Source of the DNA: Acidobacteriota bacterium
GTDB taxonomy: Bacteria; Acidobacteriota; UBA6911; RPQK01; JAJDTT01
Length of the DNA stretch: 64,000 nt
Reading direction: 5' to 3'
Assembly: GCA_965263035.1 (NCBI GenBank)
Contig: OZ253580.1
Span: 3,008,001-3,072,000, forward strand
Of the stretch, positions 32,009-41,346 are shown in pieces (the stretch's first letter is position 1; the number at the start of each line of letters is the position of its first letter). The position numbers and the translations under genes were made by a program. The notes beneath the pieces are model-generated. The model worked only from the letters and a program-made list of their open reading frames with translations. It did not search any database and was not told the DNA's origin.

Positions 32009-33176
32009 GGTCTCGACTTTCCCGGTAGAGAGGAGAGAGCTCCCGCATCCTCCGGATGGTTCGCGGGAGCACTTCCAGAGCCGTCGTGATCTCTTCCTCG
32101 GTGGTCATCCGGCTGAGGCTGAGCCGAAGCGCACTCTCGACCCTGCGGTTTTCGAACCCCATGGCCTTCAAGACGTGAGAAGGCTCCAACGATCCCGAAG
32201 AGCAGGCCGCACCCGTTGAGACGGCAATCCCCTGAAGGTCCAATGAAATGAGAAGAGCTTCTCCCTCGACGCCTCGAAAACTCAAGTTGGTGGTGTGAGG
32301 CATCCTTCGGCGCGTCGATCCATTGATCCGGGTCTGGGGAATACGCTCCAGGAGTCCCGTCTCGATCCGGTCGCGAAGGGATCGGACCCGGAGGTCGAAA
32401 TCCGCCAGGCCTTCCCTAGCCAGGGCGACCGCCTTGCCCAGGGCGACGATACCCGGCACGTTCTCGGTGCCTCCCCGGCGTCCCCGTTCGTGAGAGCCAC
32501 CCAGGAGCAGAGATTTCATCTGCACACCGTGGCGAAGGTAGAGGGCCCCGACTCCCTTGGGCCCGTGGATCTTGTGACCCGATAGTGAAAGCAGGTCCAC
32601 CCCCAGGTCGTTCACGTCCACGGGGATCTTGCCGGCCGACTGGACCGCGTCGGTGTGGAAGAGGATTCCCTTTTCCCGGGCAAACCGTCCCACCGCGCGC
32701 AATTCTTGAATCGCACCGGTCTCGTTGTTGGCATGCATGATCGAGATCAGGATCGTGTCCTCACGAACCGCCGCGTGCAGGTCCTCGAGGCGGATCAGCC
32801 CCTGACGGTCCACCGGCAGGTAGGTCACCTGGAATCCTTCCTCCTCCAACTGCTCCATGGTCCGCAGGACCGCGGGATGCTCGATGGTGGTGGTGATGAG
32901 GTGACGGCCGTTTCCGGGGTGGCTGGCGGCGATACCCCGGATGGCGGTGTTGTCCGACTCGGTCCCCCCGCTGGTGAAGATGATCTCCTTGGGCAGGCTT
33001 CCGACGAGATCGGCAACCGCCTGCCGGGCGGTCTCCACCGCCTCGCGGGCCTGCTGGCCGAATTCGTGAATCGACGAGGCGTTGCCGAAGTCCTGGAGAA
33101 AATGAGGCGACATGACCTCCAGCACCCGAGGATCCACTCGTGTCGTGGCGTTGTTGTCCAGGTAGACTCGCCTCAC
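31974..33176 (-). CDS. iscS: Cysteine desulfurase
   Basis: YLDNNATT, FTSGGTES, SGHKIHGPKG, STGAACSS. Confidence 0.94.
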   Translation of the reverse strand: MRRVYLDNNATTRVDPRVLEVMSPHFLQDFGNASSIHEFGQQAREAVETARQAVADLVGSLPKEIIFTSGGTESDNTAIRGIAASHPGNGRHLITTTIEHPAVLRTMEQLEEEGFQVTYLPVDRQGLIRLEDLHAAVREDTILISIMHANNETGAIQELRAVGRFAREKGILFHTDAVQSAGKIPVDVNDLGVDLLSLSGHKIHGPKGVGALYLRHGVQMKSLLLGGSHERGRRGGTENVPGIVALGKAVALAREGLADFDLRVRSLRDRIETGLLERIPQTRINGSTRRRMPHTTNLSFRGVEGEALLISLDLQGIAVSTGAACSSGSLEPSHVLKAMGFENRRVESALRLSLSRMTTEEEITTALEVLPRTIRRMRELSPLYRESRDRVQREGQRTHS

Positions 33177-33339
33177 TGCCGTCCCTTCTCCCGTTCCGCT
33201 CTACTTATTTCCCAAGACTCGGAGCCGTTCACGCCGCTTCCGGCCATCGACCTTGACAGCCCCTGGAACCGATCTTACTAGAACAATGGCTAGCCAAGAA
33301 GGAACAAACAAAACGATTGATATGACGAGGAGGTCAACA

Positions 33340-33783
33340 ATGAGTCTCATCAGAGTAACGCCATTCGCAGGCATCAACGGATTGCACCGGTTGATGGATC
33401 ATTTCTGGCGCGACAGCCGTTTCCTGGCTCCCGCCGACAGTGAGGAAATCCAGCCGGTACGCCGGCCCATCTCGGACGTGTACGAGACCGGAGACAGCCT
33501 GGTCTTCACCATGGAGCTGCCCGGATTCGACAAGAGCGAGATCGAGGTCACCGTCAACAACGGCTATCTGGAAGTCAAGGGCGAGCGCAAGGCCCAGGAG
33601 AAGAAGGATCGAACCTACCGCCAAGTCCAGAGATGGCACGGGCGTTTCCAACGGTCCTTCCGGCTTCCCCGCAGTCTGGATCGGGACAAGGTCTCGGCCG
33701 AACTGAGGAATGGAGTCCTCAGCATCGGGATCCCCAAGTTGGAAGCGGCGAAACCCAAGCAGATCGCGGTCCGAGTCAACTGA
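33340..33783 (+). CDS. Hsp20 small heat-shock protein
   Basis: ELPG, GRFQRSFRLP, NGVLSIGIPK; GAGGAGG RBS. Confidence 0.93.
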   Translation: MSLIRVTPFAGINGLHRLMDHFWRDSRFLAPADSEEIQPVRRPISDVYETGDSLVFTMELPGFDKSEIEVTVNNGYLEVKGERKAQEKKDRTYRQVQRWHGRFQRSFRLPRSLDRDKVSAELRNGVLSIGIPKLEAAKPKQIAVRVN

Positions 33784-33796
33784 AGTCCCAGGCTCG

Positions 33797-33830
33797 AGGG
33801 CCCCGGAACCTCCCCCCTCCGGGGCCCTTT
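33797..33830 (+). terminator. Hairpin terminator after hsp20
   Basis: AGGGCCCCGGA...TCCGGGGCCCT followed by a short T run. Confidence 0.6.
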
Positions 33831-33860
33831 CCACTTCGTCGAAAGACATTAGGAGCAAAC

Positions 33861-33888
33861 TAGGAGGGGGGACATCCTTGTCCCCCTC
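33861..33888 (+). repeat. REP-like palindrome
   Basis: TAGGAGGGGGGAC-ATCCTT-GTCCCCCTC; same family as the intron target at 58861. Confidence 0.65.
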
Positions 33889-34145
33889 TTCATCGCCGAC
33901 CCGGAACCACCGGCTGCAAAGCCTCCGCTCCGATGCCCCCCTTGTTTCTGGGCGGATTGGGTGGGCCCGCAGCCGGTCGGAGACTTCTTGGAAACTACGA
34001 ATCCCGAATTCCAAATCACCAACAAGTCGCAATTTTTCAGGATTTAGAGTGGCGGCGGCGCCATCAATGCTGCCGCGACGACCAACAGCGGGTTGCTCTC
34101 GCGGTTCGGCTTCATTTTTCGGGGCAACGCTTGGTCGGGCCTTTC

Positions 34146-34173
34146 TTGCAGGCCTCACGGGTTCTGGTAGAAT
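34146..34173 (+). promoter_or_regulatory. Sigma70 promoter of tRNA-Phe
   Basis: TTGCAG-16 bp-TAGAAT with extended -10 TG. Confidence 0.6.
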
Positions 34174-34189
34174 ACACACCTTTTCGAGA

Positions 34190-34262
34190 GCCGGGGTAGC
34201 TCAGTCGGTAGAGCAGGGGACTGAAAATCCCCGTGTCGGCGGTTCGATTCCGTCCCCCGGCA
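34190..34262 (+). tRNA. tRNA-Phe(GAA), CCA not encoded
   Basis: GCCGGGG/CCCCGGC acceptor stem, D-arm, CTGAAAA anticodon loop, GGTTCGATTCC T-arm. Confidence 0.97.
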
Positions 34263-34512
34263 CCCCTCCACGAAGTCGCCTTCTCCCACTTTCTTCTTCC
34301 GTCCGCAGACGGAGCATTCGGTTCCCTGCGCCCCCGTCAACCCGCAACGTCGCGGAGCGCATCTCGATGTGAAGGCGGAGCGAGCGCCTGTTGCTCACGG
34401 AAGGGGCGTCGAGCCGGCTCAGCAGAAAATAATCTCCATCCCGTCCAGTCGCCCCTTGCAGCATGATCTCGATTAAACTCAGTTTATTGGACTAAGTCTT
34501 CAGGAGGATTGT

Positions 34513-34758
34513 ATGCGCACCGTCAATATGCACGAAGCCAAGACGCACCTTTCGCGTCTCGTACAGGCTGCCGCCCATGGTGATCCGTTCATCATCGCCC
34601 GGGCCGGCAAGCCGATGGTCAAAGTCGTCGCGGTAGAGGCGCCGGATCCCGGAGCAGTGTGCCGAATCGGGTTTCTGGCCGGCAGAATCTCGGTGCCGCC
34701 CGACTTCGACTGTATGGGCGCTGACGAGATCGAGGCATTGTTCGAAGGTGGAGCGTGA
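34513..34758 (+). CDS. Phd/YefM-family antitoxin
   Basis: VNMHEAKTHLSRLV...IARAGKP; operator-like palindromes at 34474-34498. Confidence 0.92.
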   Translation: MRTVNMHEAKTHLSRLVQAAAHGDPFIIARAGKPMVKVVAVEAPDPGAVCRIGFLAGRISVPPDFDCMGADEIEALFEGGA

Positions 34759-35141
34759 GTTTCCTCCTTGACACTCATGTCCTGCTCTGGGCCTCGGGCG
34801 TGCCGGATCGGTTGCCGCCCGATGCGCGCACGCTGATCGAAAACCCTGCGACGGAGTTGATCTATAGTGTGGCATCGCTCTGGGAGGTGGCCATCAAGAA
34901 CGAGTTGGGGCGCGCGGATTTCAGCGTCGATCCAAGCCTGCTGCGCCGGGGGTTACTGGAGAATGGTTACACGGAATTGGCCGTGACCGGCGCCCATGCA
35001 GTGGTTATGCATGGGCTGCCGCCGATCCACAAGGATTCATTCGACCGCCTCCTGGTCGCACAGGCTCTGATGGAAGGGGTGACGCTGGTGACGGTGGATG
35101 AAGTCGTGGGGCGCTACCCGGGGCCGATCCGGGTACTTTGA
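34755..35141 (+). CDS. vapC: VapC/PIN-domain toxin
   Basis: LLDTHVLLW, SLWEVAIK, HKDSFDRLLVAQA. Confidence 0.92.
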   Translation: MSFLLDTHVLLWASGVPDRLPPDARTLIENPATELIYSVASLWEVAIKNELGRADFSVDPSLLRRGLLENGYTELAVTGAHAVVMHGLPPIHKDSFDRLLVAQALMEGVTLVTVDEVVGRYPGPIRVL

Positions 35142-35151
35142 CGGCTATCGT

Positions 35152-35177
35152 GAAAGTAAGTGACTGTCCCCTTCTCG
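35152..35177 (+). repeat. 26-bp junction repeat, copy 1
   Basis: GAAAGTAAGTGACTGTCCCCTTCTCG. Confidence 0.85.
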
Positions 35178-35365
35178 GTTCTCCATTCACTCATGGCGGT
35201 CTCTCCTTGCCTTCAAGTCGATCCATCGATCTGGATCGGGTTCGTGCGGCCACGGATCGCAGTCGGGAGCCGGGTCGAGGACGTCGTGATTCTCAGGCCG
35301 ACATGATTAAGCCTCCTATAGGACCTGTATTAGACTGCAATAAGACCCCAACGGCCGCAACGAGC

Positions 35366-35677
35366 CTATTCGCTTTCTCCAAATCGAATTCGTCTCCATC
35401 TGCCCTTTGGTCCACGACTGCCCCTTGGTCCACGATCAGTTGACTTCGCCAAACCGCGATCACGCAACCCCGCCAAGGATCGTTTGATCGGCCGTTCGCT
35501 GTCATCAGATACCACACGAGCGACAATCTCGCGCAACGCTAAGCTATTCTCCGCGCCGGTAGAAGATGCGGGCGATCGGCGGATTCCAGCGCAGAGAAAG
35601 AAAGTGACTTTCCCCTTCTGGGCCGTCCGCGAATTCTCGCTGTTGGCAATGCGTTCGAGAAGTTCCACCCTGTTCAT
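35366..35677 (-). pseudogene. Mosaic fragments of an AlbA_2/ATP-binding/HTH-type gene
   Basis: N-terminus MNRVELLERIANSENS cut at repeat copy 2; WNPPIARIFYRRG in another frame; HTH-like C-terminal piece LALREIV...LRDRGL. Confidence 0.55.
35596..35621 (+). repeat. 26-bp junction repeat, copy 2
   Basis: GAAAGAAAGTGACTTTCCCCTTCTGG. Confidence 0.8.
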
Positions 35678-35684
35678 TGCCGGT

Positions 35685-35744
35685 CACTCATGCCGGCCTC
35701 CCCACGATTTCTCCGTTTCCGGGGACGTAGGACCTTCCTATCAT
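35685..35744 (-). pseudogene. MazF toxin N-terminal remnant
   Basis: ATGA overlap with the mazE stop; MIGRSYVPGNGEIVGGRHE* resembles the MazF start YVPxxGDIV. Confidence 0.55.
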
Positions 35745-35977
35745 GCCTCATTGCCTTGGGCTGGCCCAGCGTCCACCTCGGGATGCAGATTCTCGTCCGT
35801 CACAGTCGCCAGCATGTCGGCCAAGCTGTCGGTTTTCTTGCGCAGCAAGACTTCGTTGCCGCGCAAGACCATCTCGATGGCGGAGCCCTCACGCACCCCC
35901 CACTGCTCGGCGATGGGCTTGGGGATACGGACGGCCAGGCTGGACCCCCACTTGCAGATCTGCGATGTCGCACCCAT
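35741..35977 (-). CDS. mazE: AbrB/MazE-family antitoxin
   Basis: KWGSSLAVRIPK...LADMLATVTDENLHPEVD...GNE. Confidence 0.9.
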   Translation of the reverse strand: MGATSQICKWGSSLAVRIPKPIAEQWGVREGSAIEMVLRGNEVLLRKKTDSLADMLATVTDENLHPEVDAGPAQGNEA

Positions 35978-36349
35978 GGACAGTCTCCTTTTGGATCTAC
36001 GAAATATATCTTCTCCCGTGATGTGATCAAGGCACTTCCGCTGAACGTTGTAACGAACGAGCGTGACAGCCTGGGCCGGGGCCTCCCCGATGGCATCGTC
36101 GCCATTGGCGCCGGCTTTGGGTTGGCGTGCCGACTCGGGGGTGATGCGTTGGCTGTTTGGTGTCAGGATATCCTTTACAGTTCAGCCTTGAACAACGATC
36201 CTGGGGACCCCTCTACAGTGGCGTCGCCCGTGCACAGGATCCGTTCTCGCTTCGGGTTGCGGCGGTTCGAATGGGTGGAGGAGCGGGGAATATTGATGAC
36301 CGCTCGCAATCGGGAGGACGTGCAAGGCGTGCGACAAGGCGCCGGACGG

Positions 36350-36375
36350 GAAAGCAAGTGACTGTCCCCTTCTCG
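36350..36375 (+). repeat. 26-bp junction repeat, copy 3
   Basis: GAAAGCAAGTGACTGTCCCCTTCTCG. Confidence 0.85.
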
Positions 36376-36587
36376 CGGGGCGCTAGCTCGAAACCGGCGA
36401 AAATCTCGCGCAACGCCACGCCATCCTCCGTGCCGTCGAGCAGCGCCAGAATTGGCTCTTGCCGCTCGATCACGGCATCCCATTTACCTCTGAGCGGAAC
36501 ATAGTCTGCACGTCGGAAGCGTATCGTCACGCAATCGCCGCGTTCCTCGATCTCGTGCCGGGGCAGACAAGGAACCGATCGATTCAT
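36376..36587 (-). pseudogene. Fragment of an ATP-binding/HTH protein C-terminal region
   Basis: EIEERGDCVTIRFRR...ERQEPILALL...ALREI; ends at repeat copy 3. Confidence 0.45.
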
Positions 36588-36653
36588 TATCAGGTTGACG
36601 AAGAAACGGTCGTTTTCTTAAATTGAAGCGCAGGAAAGGGGCGCTTCGCAATC

Positions 36654-37835
36654 GTGGCTCGCCAGACCGGTCAATACCGCATCACCAGCACCCTCGGAGA
36701 AGAGGTGCGCGCGTTCGTCCCCTACCCGCTTCCTCCGGTCGATCCGCCTCTGGTCCTGGACGGCGTGGCCGCCGAGCTCCATGCCGCCGCCATGACCGCG
36801 TTGGCCCGACTTGCCGTAGCGGGGTCGATGGTGCCGAGCACCGACTGGTTCCTTTACGGATTCGTCCGCAAGGAGGCGGTCGTCACCTCGCAGATCGAAG
36901 GCACGCAGGCAACGCTCCGCGACGTGCTCACCTTCGAAGCCACGCACCGTAGCGACCGTCCGGACGACGTCCGCGAGGTCTGCAACTATGTGGACGCGCT
37001 CGCCCACGCCCGCGCGCGAATCGCAGATCCCAAGGGGCTGCCGCTCAGCATCCGCCTCCTGTGCGAGGCGCACCGTATCCTGATGGCGGGTGTACGAGGC
37101 GAGTACATGCAGCCCGGCGAAATCCGCCGCTCACAGAACTGGATCGGTGGCAGGCGGCCCGGCAACGCCCGCTTCGTGCCCCCTCCGCCGGAGGAGGTGC
37201 CGGGCGCGCTCGGTGCGCTGGAACGGTGGCTGCACCAGGACAGCGATCTCCCGTCGCTGGTCCGGGCGGGTCTCGCGCACGTCCAGTTCGAGACGATCCA
37301 TCCCTTCCTCGACGGCAACGGACGCATCGGCCGGTTGCTGATCGCGCTCCTGTTGGATCACTGGGGGCTGCTCGATCTGCCTCTTCTCTACATCAGCCTG
37401 GCATTCAAGCGGAACCAGCCGGAGTACTACGCTCGGCTCGCGGCCGTGCGTAGCGCTGGCGATTGGGAGGGTTGGACCCAGTTCTTCCTCGAATGCGTGC
37501 GCGAGGCTGCCGATGACGGCGTTTGGGTCGCTCGGAAGCTGCATACGCTTGTCGGGCGCGACCGTGGCCGCGTTCTGGCCCACGAGCGTTCGACCGTGAC
37601 CGCCATCCGGCTGATCGAGCGCCTGCCGTCCCGTCCGGTCGTTACCGTCGCCGCGGCGTCAGACCTGCTCGGCCTCACGGCGCCGCCGACCCGCAAGGCC
37701 GTGGGGTTGCTGGAGAGTCTTGGCGTGCTGCGCGAGATCACGGGAAAGCGGCGCGGGCGCGCCTACTCCTACGACGAATACCTTCGCATCCTGACGGACG
37801 ACGAGCCCCTTCGAAGAACCAGTCCTGGTGCATGA
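36654..37835 (+). CDS. Fic-family protein
   Basis: Intact HPFLDGNGRIGR motif, SQIEGT, C-terminal HTH. Confidence 0.93.
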   Translation: MARQTGQYRITSTLGEEVRAFVPYPLPPVDPPLVLDGVAAELHAAAMTALARLAVAGSMVPSTDWFLYGFVRKEAVVTSQIEGTQATLRDVLTFEATHRSDRPDDVREVCNYVDALAHARARIADPKGLPLSIRLLCEAHRILMAGVRGEYMQPGEIRRSQNWIGGRRPGNARFVPPPPEEVPGALGALERWLHQDSDLPSLVRAGLAHVQFETIHPFLDGNGRIGRLLIALLLDHWGLLDLPLLYISLAFKRNQPEYYARLAAVRSAGDWEGWTQFFLECVREAADDGVWVARKLHTLVGRDRGRVLAHERSTVTAIRLIERLPSRPVVTVAAASDLLGLTAPPTRKAVGLLESLGVLREITGKRRGRAYSYDEYLRILTDDEPLRRTSPGA

Positions 37836-37855
37836 CGGCAATCCGCATTTGGATT

Positions 37856-38155
37856 TCAGGCGTGAGCGTGTTCGTTCGCAAGCATTGGCAGGGTCTTGAG
37901 CTCCCTGCTGGCTTTCTTCTCGGCAACGCGCAATTCATAGATCTTTTGAAGATTTAGCCAAAATTCGGGACTGGTGCCGAAGTAGTGCCCCAGGCGCAGG
38001 GCCGTATCGGCGGTAATGGCCCTTCGTCCGTTCAGAATCTCAGTGATGCGGTTCGTAGGAACCTTGAGCTTTCGCGCAAGCGCGGCGGCACTCATATTGA
38101 GTTCTTTCAGTTCTTCGGCGACATGTTTGCCGGGATGGATTGCGGGCACAGCCAT
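37856..38155 (-). CDS. higA: HigA antitoxin
   Basis: IHPG, RITEILNGRRAITADTALRL, FWLNLQ. Confidence 0.92.
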   Translation of the reverse strand: MAVPAIHPGKHVAEELKELNMSAAALARKLKVPTNRITEILNGRRAITADTALRLGHYFGTSPEFWLNLQKIYELRVAEKKASRELKTLPMLANEHAHA

Positions 38156-38167
38156 AGCGGTTCGCCT

Positions 38168-38351
38168 GGTGGTAATCGACAATCTCTACATTCTCGGGTC
38201 CGAGGGATCCTTTGGGCCATTCGAAGCAAATCCGCTACTGGTTGTTGATGCGGATGCTGTACTGGCCTTCGCGGTCACCTTTGAGGGCTTCGAAGCGGTT
38301 GCCGGGCAAAGCGGCAAGGTCCTGAAGGGCGGTTGCCGCTTCTAGCGGATC
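38168..38351 (-). pseudogene. higB: HigB toxin pseudogene
   Basis: [30 protein letters not shown]...EIVDYH; TAG at 38235-38237 where Trp is expected; 5' part missing. Confidence 0.85.
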
Positions 38352-38358
38352 GGGCGTC

Positions 38359-39873
38359 TCACCGGAACCGAAACGAATAGATATCCGCGTCCTTCATGAC
38401 GAAGCGGAGCCGGATCGGCCTTTCCGCCAGCCGGTCGAATCTCATGGGGTCGGTGGGTAGGAAACCCGGGCGACTCCACCGGATCCTTCTCTGAATGTGA
38501 TCGCCGAAGATGACCGGCGATTCCTCCAGTGTAAAACCTGGAATGGGTTGCCCGTCCTCGTCCTGGACCTCGATTCGGATGCTCCCCACGGCCGAGGTCG
38601 AGAAGTTGAGGACCAGATCCCGTCCCTCGAAGCGGAATGGCTTGGTGACGAATTCCCCGCCGGAGTAGGGAGCCTTGATGGAAGTGAAGCCGTCGGTGCG
38701 CAGGACGAAACGCTCCAGGTAGGTGGACGGGTAGGTGTAGTTGCGAGACGTGTAGATCGAAATCTCATCCGGGGCCGTCGGGACCACACCCACGGCCGTG
38801 CTGTTGGTTCGGTGGATCCAGTTTCGTTCCTGCCGTCCCGGCCGGATGAAGGCCTCCGGAAAGGGGTTCCAGTCGATCCCGTCACGGCTGGTCATGAAAA
38901 CGGTCTCGGAGATGCCGGGCCGGGGAGCATCGTCGTGGATCTGCCGCAAGGGCTGGAAGCGCTTGGGAAACCCCAGATAGATATGAGGGGCCCGGAAATA
39001 GGGCGTGGCCGCATTGGTGTAGAGGTGATCTACCGGCCGGGCCCTGCCGTTGAAGGTGCAGGGAACCTGCTCCGTCCAGTTGAGGAGGTCCTTGGACGTG
39101 GTCCGGGCGAAGGTGCGCACGTCCTGGAGCATGTACCGGAAGTAGAAGACGTACTGTTTCTCCCATTCGGACCAGAAGAGGACGTTGACGGAGTCGAAGG
39201 CATTGGGCAACGAGGTGACGAAAAGAGGGTCCTCCCGCCACTTCTTCCAGCGGAGCCCGTCGGGCGAGACCCAGAGCACCAGGCCGATGGAGCGTTCGGT
39301 GGCTTGGCCGAATCGGGGATTGATGCCCACTCCGCCCGGCGACTTGAAGCGGACCGCCGGGTCGACTCCCGGCCGGGTGTCCAGCAGGGGCGCTCCCCCA
39401 GCGTGGTCGGTGACGATGTTGTTTTCGGTGGATCCGTTGAACTCGTAGAGGCCCAAATTGGGCCGCGTCCAATGGATTCCGTCCCGGCTTTCGGCGTAAC
39501 AGAGGAAGTTGGGATGCGGAGGCGTGAGCTTCTCGTCCGGAGTCAGTCCCGCTTTCCGCGCATAGTCCGGCGCGGTGCGCCCCATGTAATACATTCGGAA
39601 GAGGTCGCCGTCCTTGAAGACGCTCAGCTGCCAACTGGTGTTCCCCTCCCAGGGCCGATCGAATTCCAGGACCGTGCCGCCGGACCGGGGTGGGTGAAGG
39701 CGGATCTCCACACCCTCCATCTTTGCGATCAGATGGTCGTCAGCGAACAGTTCCAGCCGGGAACCGATGTCAACGGCTTCCATGGAAGTGGCCTCCCCCG
39801 CCGAAAGAAAGGGACCGGTCCAGGCCGTGAAACCGGCCAGTAGCGTCAAGCCTCGAAACCAGGATACGCGCAT
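38359..39873 (-). CDS. Secreted beta-propeller glycoside-hydrolase-like protein
   Basis: Signal peptide; repeated SxDGxxW motifs; LRTDGF...ADIYSFRF C-terminal domain. Confidence 0.7.
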   Translation of the reverse strand: MRVSWFRGLTLLAGFTAWTGPFLSAGEATSMEAVDIGSRLELFADDHLIAKMEGVEIRLHPPRSGGTVLEFDRPWEGNTSWQLSVFKDGDLFRMYYMGRTAPDYARKAGLTPDEKLTPPHPNFLCYAESRDGIHWTRPNLGLYEFNGSTENNIVTDHAGGAPLLDTRPGVDPAVRFKSPGGVGINPRFGQATERSIGLVLWVSPDGLRWKKWREDPLFVTSLPNAFDSVNVLFWSEWEKQYVFYFRYMLQDVRTFARTTSKDLLNWTEQVPCTFNGRARPVDHLYTNAATPYFRAPHIYLGFPKRFQPLRQIHDDAPRPGISETVFMTSRDGIDWNPFPEAFIRPGRQERNWIHRTNSTAVGVVPTAPDEISIYTSRNYTYPSTYLERFVLRTDGFTSIKAPYSGGEFVTKPFRFEGRDLVLNFSTSAVGSIRIEVQDEDGQPIPGFTLEESPVIFGDHIQRRIRWSRPGFLPTDPMRFDRLAERPIRLRFVMKDADIYSFRFR

Positions 39874-40027
39874 GATTCATTCCTCCGTCCCAAATTAGAA
39901 CCGGTGTCTCGCAGGTTGTCACGTGGGTGCGATGAAATTCAATTGTGTCCGTATTGAAAATGCAATCGAGTGAGGATACGTTTCCTATGCGATTCTCGCC
40001 AAGGGCTGCCAAGAGGAGGGGTTGTGA

Positions 40028-41092
40028 ATGAGCCAGAATAAGGAATTCGATTTCGACAGCTTGCCCGAGACCAGCAAGGAAATCTACGAGCTGCAGTTGA
40101 AGGCACCCGACCTGACCCATCTGGCCAGCCTCGTTCGGATGACCTGCGGCGACACGATTTTCCCGGACGCGATTTCTGACGCCATTGCGGCGCGGTTGGA
40201 TGCCGGTTCGCTGTCGATCCCCGTCCTGGCGGTGAAAGGCGCCGGCCAGGGAAAGACTCTGGTGGCGACGGCCGGAGTTCACGGGGACGAATATGAGGGC
40301 ATGGAAGCCATCTTTCGCACCTTCGAAGCCCTGGACCCTTCCAACCTGTCCGGGACCTTCGTCGCCGTGCCGGTGGTGACGCTTCCTGCGTTCTGGCAGG
40401 CGACGCGGGCGAATCCCGTAGACGGCCTCAACATGGCCCGTATCTTTCCAGGGTCCCCGTCGGGGAGCATGAGCGAGCGGCTGGCCGCTCTGATGCTGGA
40501 GAAGGTCTTCCGGCATGCCGACCTCTACATCGACCTGCACAGCTCGGGCCGGAACAACGCCATGATGACTCTGGTCGGCTACGCGGCCCTGGGCCGGCAG
40601 GCCGAGACGGCCCGGGCGGCGGCGGAGTGCTTCGGAGCCCCCATGATCTGGGAACATCCCAAGGTCTCTCCCGGACGCACGTTGACGGAGACCCTGAAAT
40701 TGGAGATTCCGTCCCTCTACACCGAGGCGCGGGGAGGGGGCCGTGCCCATCCCGACGATGTGGATTGCTACACCCGGGGGCTTGCCAATCTGCTGGCGTT
40801 TCTCGATATGGCGCAACTCCCCGCTACCGGGCTGGAAGCGGACTACGAGCCGCTGCGGCTCTGCGGCGACGGCGATGTGGACGTTTCCATGAAGTCTCAG
40901 AGCAGCGGGCTCTTCTTCTCAGGCGCCCGTGTGGGGATGCGGGTTCGCGAAGGGGACCTGCTGGGAATGATCCGGGACCTGGACGGAACGCCGTTGGAAG
41001 AAGTCCGAAGTCCTCAGGACGGGGTCCTGGTGATGATCCGGACCAATCCCCGCATCTTCGCCGGCGAAGTCCTCCTGGTCATCAACGCCTGA
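40028..41092 (+). CDS. Succinylglutamate desuccinylase/aspartoacylase (M14) family
   Basis: AGVHGDEYEG, NMARIFPG, IDLHS, C-terminal RSPQDG. Confidence 0.88.
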   Translation: MSQNKEFDFDSLPETSKEIYELQLKAPDLTHLASLVRMTCGDTIFPDAISDAIAARLDAGSLSIPVLAVKGAGQGKTLVATAGVHGDEYEGMEAIFRTFEALDPSNLSGTFVAVPVVTLPAFWQATRANPVDGLNMARIFPGSPSGSMSERLAALMLEKVFRHADLYIDLHSSGRNNAMMTLVGYAALGRQAETARAAAECFGAPMIWEHPKVSPGRTLTETLKLEIPSLYTEARGGGRAHPDDVDCYTRGLANLLAFLDMAQLPATGLEADYEPLRLCGDGDVDVSMKSQSSGLFFSGARVGMRVREGDLLGMIRDLDGTPLEEVRSPQDGVLVMIRTNPRIFAGEVLLVINA

Positions 41093-41250
41093 GCCGGCGC
41101 CATCACCGCACCCGTTCCTCTTAGTGTCCGGAGAGGCGGTTCAGTCCAGCCTTTTGATCTTGATGTTCCGGAACCAGACCGGATCGCTGTGGTCCTGCAG
41201 GACGATGTGACCCACGTCGGCGAGCCCATAGTGGGGGAGATCCTTGAATT
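40857..41250 (+). repeat. 394-bp diverged direct repeat, left copy
   Basis: Aligns at constant offset 1867 with 42724-43117; contains the 3' ends of the desuccinylase and DUF1080 genes. Confidence 0.9.
41141..41250 (-). pseudogene. 3' fragment of DUF1080 gene
   Basis: FKDLPHYGLADVGHIVLQDHSDPVWFRNIKIKRLD*, paralogous to the end of 43008-43742. Confidence 0.85.
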
Positions 41251-41252
41251 CA

Positions 41253-41278
41253 GAAAAAAAGTGACTGTCCCCTTCTCG
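41253..41278 (+). repeat. 26-bp junction repeat, copy 4
   Basis: GAAAAAAAGTGACTGTCCCCTTCTCG, 2 bp after the end of the 394-bp repeat. Confidence 0.85.
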
Positions 41279-41346
41279 AAGCCAGTGACTTGGGGATAGA
41301 TTTCTGTAGGATGGGCGCCGATTTTCCGTTAAGCTGATAAAGGTCA

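Noticed and set aside
34190-38360. Classical tRNA-integrated island
   Set aside because: No integrase and no duplicated tRNA 3' end seen in the window.
35152-41278. 26-bp repeats as a CRISPR array or integron attC sites
   Set aside because: Spacings are 0.4-4.9 kb, there are no cas genes, no RYYYAAC/GTTRRRY cores and no intI.
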